Source: an uncultured Bacilli bacterium
Lineage (GTDB): Bacteria; Bacillota_I; Bacilli_A; RF39; UBA660
Direction: 5' to 3'
Length of the DNA: 64,000 bases
Assembly (NCBI GenBank): GCA_934086485.1
Contig: CAKOIF010000006.1
Span: 3,932-67,931, forward strand
The position numbers and the translations under genes are program-made. Below the pieces are notes generated by a model. It ran no database searches. It worked only from the letters and a program-made list of their open reading frames with translations, and was not told the DNA's origin. This document shows positions 45,995 to 55,103 of this stretch, piece after piece; within the stretch, counting starts at the first letter, position 1; each line of letters starts with the position of its first letter.

Positions 45995-47068
45995 TTACAT
46001 CCCTATCCTATATGGATCTACTTTTGTTCCTGTCCCACTTACCACATATACATTAGATTTCAGATATAAGACTGGTCTGATAGAGCAGCCACGCGAAGCC
46101 GAGAAGTTGTCAAGATAGCCATAGTGGGAAACGAGAAGAGGTTTTGAAGAAGAATATGCACTCATTGTCCATTCATAACCATTTGAAAATAGCCAGTTTT
46201 TATTAGATGAGTTTTGAGGACTTCCACTACTTCCTAATACTCCAGTAAAGCCTTCGATTGCATAACCCCAATCACTTGCATACATCAGTCCTATTTTTGA
46301 AGTACCAGTTGCATGGGTAGCTATTTCCTGAGTATAATAATTTGCTGCAGTTTTATATGTTGAATCTCCTGCATCTATATTATAGTATACATCCTCAACC
46401 ATCTTGCCATAAAAATCAGTTACATCTATTCCATCTAATGAATAATCACATAGACCTTTTGCTGAAGTAAAATATGTATAACAATAACTATCGCATGAAG
46501 ATTTTCTTCCTAAATAACATGTATTTAAAAGATTTTGAATATTACTTCCCATCCATGTTGAATTACCTCCATATTTTATAGCCCCTATTGAATCATTTCT
46601 TATTATTTTTACTCTATTTTGAGTACTACTACATCCACTTTCTAAACATACTGGAATATTTCCTATTATTCTCCATAATTCATCATTAAACCATATATAG
46701 TTATCGGGGTTTTTACCTTGATATCTTTTACCATTTTCATTTCTAGTAGCTTTATTATTAACCTGCGTAATCAAATTAGTTACACTAGAGTTAAACGAAA
46801 CATCACAAGTAACTGTTCCAGTTATTTTAGTTATTTCTAATTTCCATGTTTTAGGATTCCATCTACCTTTTGCATTATTACAATTAACAGTTACATTATA
46901 TTTACCACTTGCTGGAAAAGACGTTGCACTATTACCATCAACAGTTAATGCAATAGTACTTCCTTTATATTTAAATGTTTTATTAGTATTTTTATTAATT
47001 AATATTAATGAAATAATAGAAATTAAAATTAATAATACACATATAACTATTTTTTTACTAGATTTCAA
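45995..47068 (-). CDS. Membrane-anchored surface protein, hypervariable-C-terminus family (member 2)
   Basis: By eye, about 85% identical in protein sequence to member 3 over the C-terminal ~270 aa. The likely TTG start at 47068 lies 6 nt after GAAAGAAGG; the track start at 47134 reads through a hairpin. Confidence 0.7.
   Translation of the reverse strand: MKSSKKIVICVLLILISIISLILINKNTNKTFKYKGSTIALTVDGNSATSFPASGKYNVTVNCNNAKGRWNPKTWKLEITKITGTVTCDVSFNSSVTNLITQVNNKATRNENGKRYQGKNPDNYIWFNDELWRIIGNIPVCLESGCSSTQNRVKIIRNDSIGAIKYGGNSTWMGSNIQNLLNTCYLGRKSSCDSYCYTYFTSAKGLCDYSLDGIDVTDFYGKMVEDVYYNIDAGDSTYKTAANYYTQEIATHATGTSKIGLMYASDWGYAIEGFTGVLGSSGSPQNSSNKNWLFSNGYEWTMSAYSSSKPLLVSHYGYLDNFSASRGCSIRPVLYLKSNVYVVSGTGTKVDPYRIGM
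46079..46153 (-). repeat. VR-like hypervariable patch of member 2
   Basis: Encodes SSSKPLLVSHYGYLDNFSASRGCSI. About 15% A on the coding strand. Homologous to 47245-47318 and 47476-47580. Confidence 0.6.
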
Positions 47069-47107
47069 AATATACCTTCTTTCTAAATTAATTTTAAATG
47101 TCGATAG

Positions 47108-47127
47108 AAGAAGCACGTATGCTTCTT
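47108..47127. repeat. Perfect 8-bp/4-nt-loop hairpin AAGAAGCA-cgta-TGCTTCTT
   Basis: Read directly. It lies between the TR-like copy and the start of gene 45995. Confidence 0.6.
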
Positions 47128-47244
47128 TGCCCATCTATTATTTTTTAAAAGTATAAAACTTTTAAGGATAATTAATATTTCTTATGCTTAACACTTTATA
47201 GCCATAGCCATAAAACCTAAACCAAACACAAGAAGTTCTAAAAA

Positions 47245-47318
47245 GATGGAGTAGCCATTCGAAGCCGAGTTGCTACCCAATAGCCGTTGTTGTTAGCGTT
47301 AAGAGGGTTCGAAGAAGA
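47245..47318 (-). repeat. Isolated noncoding AAC-rich copy of the hypervariable patch (template-repeat-like)
   Basis: Minus-strand sense: TCTTCTTCG AAC CCT CTT AAC GCT AAC AAC AAC GGC TAT TGG GTA GCA AC TCG GCT TCG AAT GGC TAC TCC ATC. Homology to the genes stops at both patch edges. It is not in an ORF. Confidence 0.6.
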
Positions 47319-47391
47319 CCAAATTTTAAAATAATTACCCTATATATACCTTTATTCAAAATCGGCTTCACATAGCGAAACACGATTTATA

Positions 47392-48711
47392 TTATATTCC
47401 TATCCTATATGGATCTACCTTACTTCCATTACCACTTACTACATATACATTAGATTTTAGATATAAGACTGGCCTGATGGAGTTGCCATACGAAGCCGAG
47501 GAGGAGGTGGAATAGGCAAACGAAGCCAACATGTTGCTGAGATAGCCGGGACTGATAGCGTTAAGAGGAGCCGAAGAAGAATATGCACTCATTGTCCATT
47601 CAAAACCATTTGAAAATAACCAATTTTTGTCTGATGAACTTTGAGGACTTCCATCACTTCCTAATACCCCACTGAAGTCTTCGATTGCATAACCCCAATC
47701 ACTAGCATACATGAGTCCTATTTTAGATGAAGTTGTTGCATGAGTTGCTATTTCTTGTGTATAATAATTTGCTGCAGTTTTATATGTTGAATTTCCTGCT
47801 CCTACATTAAAGTATACATCTTCAATCATTTTGCCATAATAGTCAGTTATATCTATTCCATCTGCTGAATAATCACACGTTCCTTTTGCTGATGTAGAAT
47901 ATGAATAGCAATAACTATCACATGATGATTGTTTTCCTAAATAACATGTATTTAATAAATTTTGAATATTACTTCCCATCCATGTTGAATTACTTCCATA
48001 TTTTATAGATCCAATTGAATCATTTCTTATTATTTTTACTCTGTTTTCTGCATTTGCACATCCACTTGTTAAACATACTGGAATATTTCCAATTATTCTC
48101 CATAGTTCATCATTAAACCATACATAATTATCTGGATTTTTGCCTTGATATCTTTTACCATTTTCATTTCTTGTGGCTTTATTATTTACTACTGTAGAAA
48201 GTAGTTCTTCATTACTTGGCGTTTTTGGAGTAAATGTAATATTGCATGATGAATTTGTTTTTGAAATATTATCAATTATAATACCATTAATTTTATAATC
48301 CCATGTACCACCAGTAATGCCATCACAATTAGTAATGCTTTTTGTATATCCCCCTAAAAGGTAATCTGGATTTGGAACATTAATTGTGAAATCTGGTATC
48401 TTTTCATAATATAAATAAACACTACATCTATCAGAACCTAATGTTTGATAAGCTAGTTTATTACCCACTATTGAGACTTTACCACCGTTTTCACATATGG
48501 TCTTGTCTTCATCAATATGATAATTTGTTAAATCACTTGGAATAGTATCTACTGAAGTATAACTTGTTTCTCCATCATTTTTAATATTAAATGCATAAGA
48601 CTTTTTTATAATACTTTTATTATCATCCTTTCTTGGATAAAAAATTATAGATAGAATTACCACTACAAATAATGAGAATAAAATGTATGCATATTTCCGA
48701 TTTTTGCCCAT
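47392..48711 (-). CDS. Membrane-anchored surface protein, hypervariable-C-terminus family (member 3)
   Basis: Signal anchor, an N-terminal module shared with member 1, and a C-terminal region shared with member 2. Confidence 0.75.
   Translation of the reverse strand: MGKNRKYAYILFSLFVVVILSIIFYPRKDDNKSIIKKSYAFNIKNDGETSYTSVDTIPSDLTNYHIDEDKTICENGGKVSIVGNKLAYQTLGSDRCSVYLYYEKIPDFTINVPNPDYLLGGYTKSITNCDGITGGTWDYKINGIIIDNISKTNSSCNITFTPKTPSNEELLSTVVNNKATRNENGKRYQGKNPDNYVWFNDELWRIIGNIPVCLTSGCANAENRVKIIRNDSIGSIKYGSNSTWMGSNIQNLLNTCYLGKQSSCDSYCYSYSTSAKGTCDYSADGIDITDYYGKMIEDVYFNVGAGNSTYKTAANYYTQEIATHATTSSKIGLMYASDWGYAIEDFSGVLGSDGSPQSSSDKNWLFSNGFEWTMSAYSSSAPLNAISPGYLSNMLASFAYSTSSSASYGNSIRPVLYLKSNVYVVSGNGSKVDPYRIGI
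47476..47580 (-). repeat. VR-like hypervariable patch of member 3
   Basis: Encodes SSSAPLNAISPGYLSNMLASFAYSTSSSASYGNSI. Carries a 30-nt insertion relative to member 2 and the TR-like copy. About 14% A on the coding strand. Confidence 0.6.
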
Positions 48712-48905
48712 AACTTCGCCTTCCTTTTTTCGTAAATTATATACATTTAGGAATTTTTATAGGCGATTTTATGGGAAAAGGGGTAGCAAAAATTAAAAAA
48801 ATTTGGTAAAATATATACATAAGGTAGGAAAATACTGGGATATATTTTCTCAAAAGTATATAATTTATGAAAAATAATGTTAGGTAAACGCTGAGTTTGT
48901 AGGAC
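48712..48905 (-). promoter_or_regulatory. Conserved upstream module L2 of the surface-protein family
   Basis: Has the same ordered blocks as L1 and L3, but the second GAAAAT-N6-CCNAGTATTT box is replaced by the RBS. Confidence 0.55.
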
Positions 48906-49156
48906 ATATCAGTGTTTTTTTATTTTTTAGTAAAAATAATAATACTTTACACTTTTTTAATATGTATAATTATGTAAAGTTTTTAGATAAAATATGTAAA
49001 TAAAATGTAAAATTTTGACTTTTTTTAAAAAATTTATCAAAAAAAGGAGGAAATTAGAAATTTTCCGGTAATAAGTATAGTGAAAGAAGAATTTTAAAAT
49101 GACATAGAAAATAATAAAAAGTGTAAAGTAGAATTTTTTCAAAAGGAGGTAAGAAT

Positions 49157-50158
49157 ATGACAGAAAATACTTTATATAATTCAAACAAAAAAGGACAATT
49201 TATGAAAGATAAGTTTGCAAGAGCTATACTAACTAACCCTGCAAATGAAGACTATTTAATAGCACTTTATAACTCATTAGAACCAGATAAAAATATTAAA
49301 GCAATTGGTGCTAAAATAATAACTAATGAAATTAATAATTATAAAGATGCTAAAGAAAGAATTACTGATGCAATAATGGAGGTAGAAACCACTAAAGGAA
49401 TTGATTTAGTTAATTTTGAAGTAAATGCTTTTAAATCTGATAAAATAATTAGAAAGAACCTATCTTATGTTTGCCATATGGTAATTAGAATGGTAGATGA
49501 AAATACGGGAGAATATTACAATAAGGTTGTACAAGTTAATATTAATAATTTTGATAGATTTGGGCAAGGAAAATTTGTATATAAATCAGAACTTTTTCCA
49601 AATGCTGAAGAGTTATTAGTAATATATGACATAAATGTTGCATTATTATCAAAAATGTCATATGATGATTATAGAAAATTTAATAAATTATCAACTGAAT
49701 ATTTATCTATAATTTTTACAAACAACGATGAGAAAATTTTCAAAGGTAATAAAATGATAATGAAAATAGTAAAGGAGTTGGAAGATATGTCAAAAAGTTT
49801 AGATGAGATGCTATACTATAATCCGGAAGAGTTTCTTAAGAAGGCTGCGCTTGATGCAATTACCGATGACATGAAAAAAGAAGCAGCCCAAAAGTCAGTT
49901 ACTGAAGAAATGAAGAAGGAAGCAGCACGAGAATCTGTTACTGATGAAATGAAGAAGGAAGCAGCACGAGAATCTGTTACTGATGAAATGAAAAAAGAAG
50001 CTGCAATTGAAATTGTAATCGAAGAAAATAATATAGCTGCTGCAAAAGAATTAATTAAAAATGGTATATCAAAAGAAATTATCTTAAAATCAATTGATAT
50101 AACTGAAAAACAGTATAATGATCTAAAAAATGAAGTTCAAAAAGAAACTAATAAATAA
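49157..50158 (+). CDS. Rpn/YhgA-like PD-(D/E)XK putative recombination-promoting nuclease with a repetitive C-terminus
   Basis: N-terminal region (ITDAIMEVETTKGIDLVNFEVNAFKSDKIIRKNLSYVCHM) resembles the PDDEXK_2 family. Good RBS AAAGGAGG. Confidence 0.55.
   Translation: MTENTLYNSNKKGQFMKDKFARAILTNPANEDYLIALYNSLEPDKNIKAIGAKIITNEINNYKDAKERITDAIMEVETTKGIDLVNFEVNAFKSDKIIRKNLSYVCHMVIRMVDENTGEYYNKVVQVNINNFDRFGQGKFVYKSELFPNAEELLVIYDINVALLSKMSYDDYRKFNKLSTEYLSIIFTNNDEKIFKGNKMIMKIVKELEDMSKSLDEMLYYNPEEFLKKAALDAITDDMKKEAAQKSVTEEMKKEAARESVTDEMKKEAARESVTDEMKKEAAIEIVIEENNIAAAKELIKNGISKEIILKSIDITEKQYNDLKNEVQKETNK
49859..50014 (+). repeat. About four tandem 39-nt (13-aa) repeats inside the Rpn-like gene
   Basis: Units encode (I/V)T(D/E)(D/E)MKKEAA(Q/R)(K/E)S. 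Units 49898-49936 and 49937-49975 differ at one base. Confidence 0.85.
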
Positions 50159-50194
50159 CTTAGTTTCTTTTTTTCTATAATAAAAAATGATGAA

Positions 50195-52219
50195 TTATTC
50201 ATCACAAGTAGGACAAATTACTTCACCATTTTTAATAACTAATAAATCATTACATTTAGGACATTTATCACCTGTTGGTTTATACCAAGATGCATATTTA
50301 CATTTAGGGAAATTATCACATCCGTAAAATTCTTTTCCCTTTTTAGTTTTTCTAACAATAATATTACCTTCGCATTTTGGACATTTACAAATAATTTCTT
50401 TTTCTGTTTGTTTATTTTCTTTTTTAATATACTTACAAGTTGGGTAATTAGAGCATGCTGTAAACTCACCGTACTTACCTTTTCTAATAACTAAAGGGCT
50501 GCCACATTCTGGACATTTTTCACCAGTTTCTTCGGGTTTCTTCTTTTCCATATTTTTAAAGGCATTATCTACAAGAGGAGCAAAATTATCATAAAAGTCT
50601 TTTAACATTTTTTTATAATCCTCATTACCTTCGGCAATCTCATCTAAATCTTTTTCCATATTAGCGGTATATTTAACGTTTACAATACTTGAGAAAAATT
50701 CTTGCAGTTTATCAGTGGTTTCAAAACCAACCTCTGTTGGAACAAACTTTTTATCCTCAAGGGTAACATATCCCCTATCTTTAATTGTGGAAATAATTGT
50801 TGCATAAGTTGAGGGTCTTCCTATACCAAGTGATTCAAGTTCTTTAATAAGAGAGCTTTCCGTAAATCTTGCTGGTGGTTTTGTAAAGTGTTGAGTTTTC
50901 GTAATTGTATCAGATAAAATTATACCTGCTTTATAATTTTTAAAGTCTGGTAAAATTGTATCTTCTTGATCTTCATAATCACCATAAACTTTTAAATAAC
51001 CATCAAATGTAAGAACACTACCAGTTGCTTTAAAACCATAATCATTATTATCAAGTAGTACAGTTGTCGAATTAAATTTAGCATCAGCCATTAATGAAGC
51101 AAGAGCTCTATAGTAAATAATTCTATAAAGTTTATATTCATCAGGTGCTAAATACTTTTTAATTTTATCTGGTTCATAATTAATATTTGTTGGTCTAATA
51201 CCTTCGTGAGCATCTTGAACATTTTCAGTCTTTTTACCCTTTTTAACATAACCTACATAGTCTTTACCAAACTTACTATTAATATAGGCAAAAGATGCAG
51301 AAGTAAATTCATCAGAAAGTCTTACACTATCAGTACGCATATAAGTAATAAGGCCATGAAATCCATCCTCAAGTTCAATACCCTCATAAAGTTTTTGAGC
51401 AATTTTCATTGTCTTTGAGGCAGCAAACCCTAGTTTATTAGAGCATGCCTGTTGAAGTGTTGAAGTTTTAAATACTTCTTTAGCACTTCTTTTCTTTTCT
51501 TTTTCTTCGACACTTTTAATAGTAAATGTATTTGTTAAACTATCAAGTATTTTATCAGCCTCTTTTTCATTTGGAATTTCTATGTCTTTTTCTTTATAAG
51601 TTTCTAAATTTGCCTTAAAGTCTTTGAAGTCAGCCTCAATAGTCCAATATTCTTTAGGAATAAATGCAAGTATTTCTCTTTCTCTATCCACAATAAGTTT
51701 TAGAGCAACAGATTGTACTCTACCCGCAGATTTACCAGCTGTTTTAGATTGCATAACTTTGCTTAATCTAAAACCAATAATTCTATCTAGAAATCTACGT
51801 GCTTCTCCAGAATGAACTAAATTCATATCAATTCTTCGAGGATTTTTTAAAGCCTTTAGAACAACATCTTTAGTAATTTCATTAAAAACAATTCTATCAT
51901 ATTTTTCATCAGGTACTTTTAATTCATCATATAAATGCCAAGAAATAGTTTCCCCCTCACGGTCTGGGTCGGTTGCAAGGTAAATATGATCTGCTTTTTC
52001 AATTAAATCTTTTAAATATTTAACATCTTTCTTTTTACCCTTAATTATTTCATAACTAGGTTTAAAATCATTTTCAATATCAATACCAAGCCCATATTTT
52101 CCAGATGTTGCTAAATCTCTAATATGACCTTTCGAAGAAACTACAGTGTAATCCCCACCTAAATATTTTGAAATTGTTTTACATTTTGCAGGGGACTCCA
52201 CGATTATTATGTTTTTCAT
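50195..52219 (-). CDS. topA: DNA topoisomerase I
   Basis: Toprim N-terminus IIVESPAKCKTISKYLG, the active-site Tyr region, and three C-terminal zinc ribbons. Confidence 0.96.
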   Translation of the reverse strand: MKNIIIVESPAKCKTISKYLGGDYTVVSSKGHIRDLATSGKYGLGIDIENDFKPSYEIIKGKKKDVKYLKDLIEKADHIYLATDPDREGETISWHLYDELKVPDEKYDRIVFNEITKDVVLKALKNPRRIDMNLVHSGEARRFLDRIIGFRLSKVMQSKTAGKSAGRVQSVALKLIVDREREILAFIPKEYWTIEADFKDFKANLETYKEKDIEIPNEKEADKILDSLTNTFTIKSVEEKEKKRSAKEVFKTSTLQQACSNKLGFAASKTMKIAQKLYEGIELEDGFHGLITYMRTDSVRLSDEFTSASFAYINSKFGKDYVGYVKKGKKTENVQDAHEGIRPTNINYEPDKIKKYLAPDEYKLYRIIYYRALASLMADAKFNSTTVLLDNNDYGFKATGSVLTFDGYLKVYGDYEDQEDTILPDFKNYKAGIILSDTITKTQHFTKPPARFTESSLIKELESLGIGRPSTYATIISTIKDRGYVTLEDKKFVPTEVGFETTDKLQEFFSSIVNVKYTANMEKDLDEIAEGNEDYKKMLKDFYDNFAPLVDNAFKNMEKKKPEETGEKCPECGSPLVIRKGKYGEFTACSNYPTCKYIKKENKQTEKEIICKCPKCEGNIIVRKTKKGKEFYGCDNFPKCKYASWYKPTGDKCPKCNDLLVIKNGEVICPTCDE

Positions 52220-54210
52220 TTAACATTCTCCTTTTCATTTTCAATTTTTTCAAATAAGTAAGCAAAATAATTATTTTTAATTGCTTTACTACTCATATTC
52301 ATTTTAGCATAAATTAATTCATTTATCTTCTTAATTTCTTCATCAGAATATGTAAAGTCTGTAAAGTAAGTAATCTTACCAGTACTTGCATTAAAATATG
52401 CATATTCATTTTTCCAAGAATAATCATAGAACACTACTAAACTTTGATAATTATCAGAAAATAAATCATCACCCATATAATATCTAGGATCATAATCTAA
52501 ATCAAAAAGGTTTGCCACTGTCGGAAGAATATTAATATAACTTGTATATTCATCCATAGTTATAGTTTCTTTTAAAGAACTATCATAAATAACAAGTGGT
52601 ACTTTTTCATTTTCATAATCACTTAAATCTCTATCAAGTATTTCATTTAATATATTAAGATTTATACCATAAGGATAATGATCTCCGAAAAGTACTATAA
52701 TAGTATCATCTAAAAGATTTCTTTCTTGTAAACCATCAATAAGTACGCCTAAAGCATTATCAAGTTCAGTCATTTTTGAAAGATATCTTTTAAGTTCAAT
52801 TGAATAAGAAGTATCCTCGAATTTATCTAAATATTTATCTCCATATTCACTATGTGATGCATAAGGTTGATGAGTTGTAACAGTTGTAATATAACTCATA
52901 AATTTACCATCAATATCATCGAGTTTTTCTAAATATTTTTCCATTAAAGTTACATCACTAGGCCAAGCACCATAAACATTGGAATAATCCATATTTAAAC
53001 TATTAACATCATAATAATTTTGACTACCCATATTTGGATGAATACTTGTTCTTTCATAATAAGTATTATCATAATCATGAAAACTATTTGTGGTATAACC
53101 TTTATTATTAAATAAATTAAATATACTTTCTGGATAAGTATTATTTACATATAAATTTGATGTACAATTATTATATATTGAATAAAGTGATGTCATTGCA
53201 CTAAATTCATTATTACCTGTAGCACAACTATTTCTCGGAGAATAATTATTTTCAAAGTAATAACTTGAACTTAATAATTTATAAAAGTTTGGAAAATATT
53301 CTTCATTAATAATGATGTCATTAACACTTTCCATCATAATAACTATTAAGTTCTTATCTTTATATTTACCAGTATATTCATTTTTACTAGTTATCATATT
53401 ATTAATATAAAAACTATTTAAGGAGTTAAGTGTACTATCAGTTTCATTATTTATAATATTTTCCCAAGTAGTATCATCAATATCTCTTTTATCTTTATCA
53501 GGATTATAGGCAATTACATCATTTTTATCAAGATTTGTTTCAATATATTTACTTTTTAAATCTAGTAAGCCATATGAAATAATACCAAAGTCTTTTACTA
53601 CTAAACTAGGATTTGAGGTTCCTTCGAAAAGTTCTTTTAAAGAAAGTACTTGATATTTATCGTTGTATTTATCGCTTAATGAATGATAATAAAATATTGA
53701 TGATAAGCAAAGTACTATAAGTAAAATGCAAGATACAATTTGATATTCATATCTATATTTCTTTTTTAAATGAAAATCTTTAGGTTTAGTTTTAAGTCTT
53801 ATACCATTAATAATAAAAACTAACATAAGAAGTATAAATGGTAAAAATAAAGTTAGAAATACTGGTTTACTGCTTTTAAGAAAATCTTTTATGTAATCTT
53901 TTACAGCCCCTGCTTGACTTACAGTATTAAAGGACATATAAACTCCTAAAAAGTTTAAAAATAGCATTTGGGCAAATGAATAAACAGAAAATATTAAAAC
54001 TGTTATACTCGAAAATATGTAAGAGACTTTTCTAGAAAATATTGAGTATATTAATGATAATACAATAGCAATTACATTAATACCTATAAAGGTTCTCAAA
54101 AAGGAAAAATTTAAAATATTTAAATTATTAATTAACCTAAAAATAACTTCGATTAAAAATCCTGAAGTAAGCAAAATCAAATAATTATTTAATATTTTAT
54201 TTTTACTCAT
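52216..54210 (-). CDS. LTA-synthase-family sulfatase-domain membrane protein (LtaS-like)
   Basis: Five N-terminal TM helices and an extracellular sulfatase-type domain (IVIMMESV, NEFSAMTS, FGDHYPYG). Confidence 0.8.
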   Translation of the reverse strand: MSKNKILNNYLILLTSGFLIEVIFRLINNLNILNFSFLRTFIGINVIAIVLSLIYSIFSRKVSYIFSSITVLIFSVYSFAQMLFLNFLGVYMSFNTVSQAGAVKDYIKDFLKSSKPVFLTLFLPFILLMLVFIINGIRLKTKPKDFHLKKKYRYEYQIVSCILLIVLCLSSIFYYHSLSDKYNDKYQVLSLKELFEGTSNPSLVVKDFGIISYGLLDLKSKYIETNLDKNDVIAYNPDKDKRDIDDTTWENIINNETDSTLNSLNSFYINNMITSKNEYTGKYKDKNLIVIMMESVNDIIINEEYFPNFYKLLSSSYYFENNYSPRNSCATGNNEFSAMTSLYSIYNNCTSNLYVNNTYPESIFNLFNNKGYTTNSFHDYDNTYYERTSIHPNMGSQNYYDVNSLNMDYSNVYGAWPSDVTLMEKYLEKLDDIDGKFMSYITTVTTHQPYASHSEYGDKYLDKFEDTSYSIELKRYLSKMTELDNALGVLIDGLQERNLLDDTIIVLFGDHYPYGINLNILNEILDRDLSDYENEKVPLVIYDSSLKETITMDEYTSYINILPTVANLFDLDYDPRYYMGDDLFSDNYQSLVVFYDYSWKNEYAYFNASTGKITYFTDFTYSDEEIKKINELIYAKMNMSSKAIKNNYFAYLFEKIENEKENVK

Positions 54211-55103
54211 TACTGTTTCCTTTCTATAATTTTTTTAACTGGACCGTAAGTAGTCCTATAAATATCTAATATACCATATTTTTCTAATAATTCAAGATGC
54301 CTTTTTGTAGGATAACCTTTATGTTTTTTATATTCATACTGTGGGTAAACTTTGTCATATTCATCCATTATATGATCTCTTGTTACTTTTGCAAGGACTG
54401 ATGCAGCCGCTATGGTAATACTTTTAGCATCTCCTTTAATTATTCCTAAGGAGTTTTCTCTTTTTAAATCCATTGCATCCGTTATTATAAAGTCTGGTTT
54501 AACTTTTAGGTTATCTACTGCTGTATTCATACCAAGTCTTGATGCCTCCAAAATATTTATTTCATCTATTTTTTTATTATCAATTATACTTATACTATAA
54601 CTTATAGCATCTTTTTTAATAATTTCAAAATATTTTTCTCTTTGTTTTTCGGTAAGTTTTTTTGAATCTGTTAAACCTGGAAGTTCATAGTTATGAGGAA
54701 GTATTACTGCTGCTGCAACCACTGGTCCACATAAAGGTCCTCTTCCTGCTTCATCAGTACCGGCAATTAGTTTATAACCTTTATTATATAATTCTTTTTC
54801 AAAATGGTGATTATCTTTTATAAGGATTAAATCTTCGATTTTTCTTTTTAAAGTTTTATTTTCCTCTTTAGAAAAAAGTGATTCTAAAGATTCAACTTTA
54901 AAATTATGAACTAATTCAAAATCACAAGTTTCATTTATAACTTTAATAAATTCATTATCAATGTTTTCACTACACATTAAAAATATATAATCACATTCTT
55001 TTATTATGCCATAAATAGTAAGTGCAGTTTTACCTGTAATTATATATTTATCTTTATCTATATTTAAATCATTTAAAATACTAATTATCTGTCTTTTCTT
55101 CAT
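54210..55103 (-). CDS. rnhB: Ribonuclease HII with a ~100-aa N-terminal extension
   Basis: GTDEAGRGPLCGPVVAAAV and DSKKL motifs in the C-terminal 200 aa. Synteny with rbgA. Confidence 0.88.
   Translation of the reverse strand: MKKRQIISILNDLNIDKDKYIITGKTALTIYGIIKECDYIFLMCSENIDNEFIKVINETCDFELVHNFKVESLESLFSKEENKTLKRKIEDLILIKDNHHFEKELYNKGYKLIAGTDEAGRGPLCGPVVAAAVILPHNYELPGLTDSKKLTEKQREKYFEIIKKDAISYSISIIDNKKIDEINILEASRLGMNTAVDNLKVKPDFIITDAMDLKRENSLGIIKGDAKSITIAAASVLAKVTRDHIMDEYDKVYPQYEYKKHKGYPTKRHLELLEKYGILDIYRTTYGPVKKIIERKQ

Noticed and set aside
47135-47391. Interpreting the whole 257-nt gap between members 2 and 3 as a decayed full paralog (pseudogene)
   Set aside because: Only the ~74-nt hypervariable-patch equivalent (47245-47318) and the shared 3' flank of member 3 (47351-47391, similar to 45955-45998) show homology. 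The conserved gene body on either side of the patch is absent, which fits a TR-like element better than a degraded gene copy. Residual uncertainty is noted in the corresponding finding.
48957-49184. 75-aa minus-strand ORF in the gap between the member-3 leader and the Rpn-like gene
   Set aside because: The translation is Phe/Tyr/Leu/Ile/Lys low-complexity sequence from an AT-rich intergenic/promoter region. It overlaps the RBS and start of the divergent Rpn-like gene. There is no RBS and no similarity to anything else in the window.
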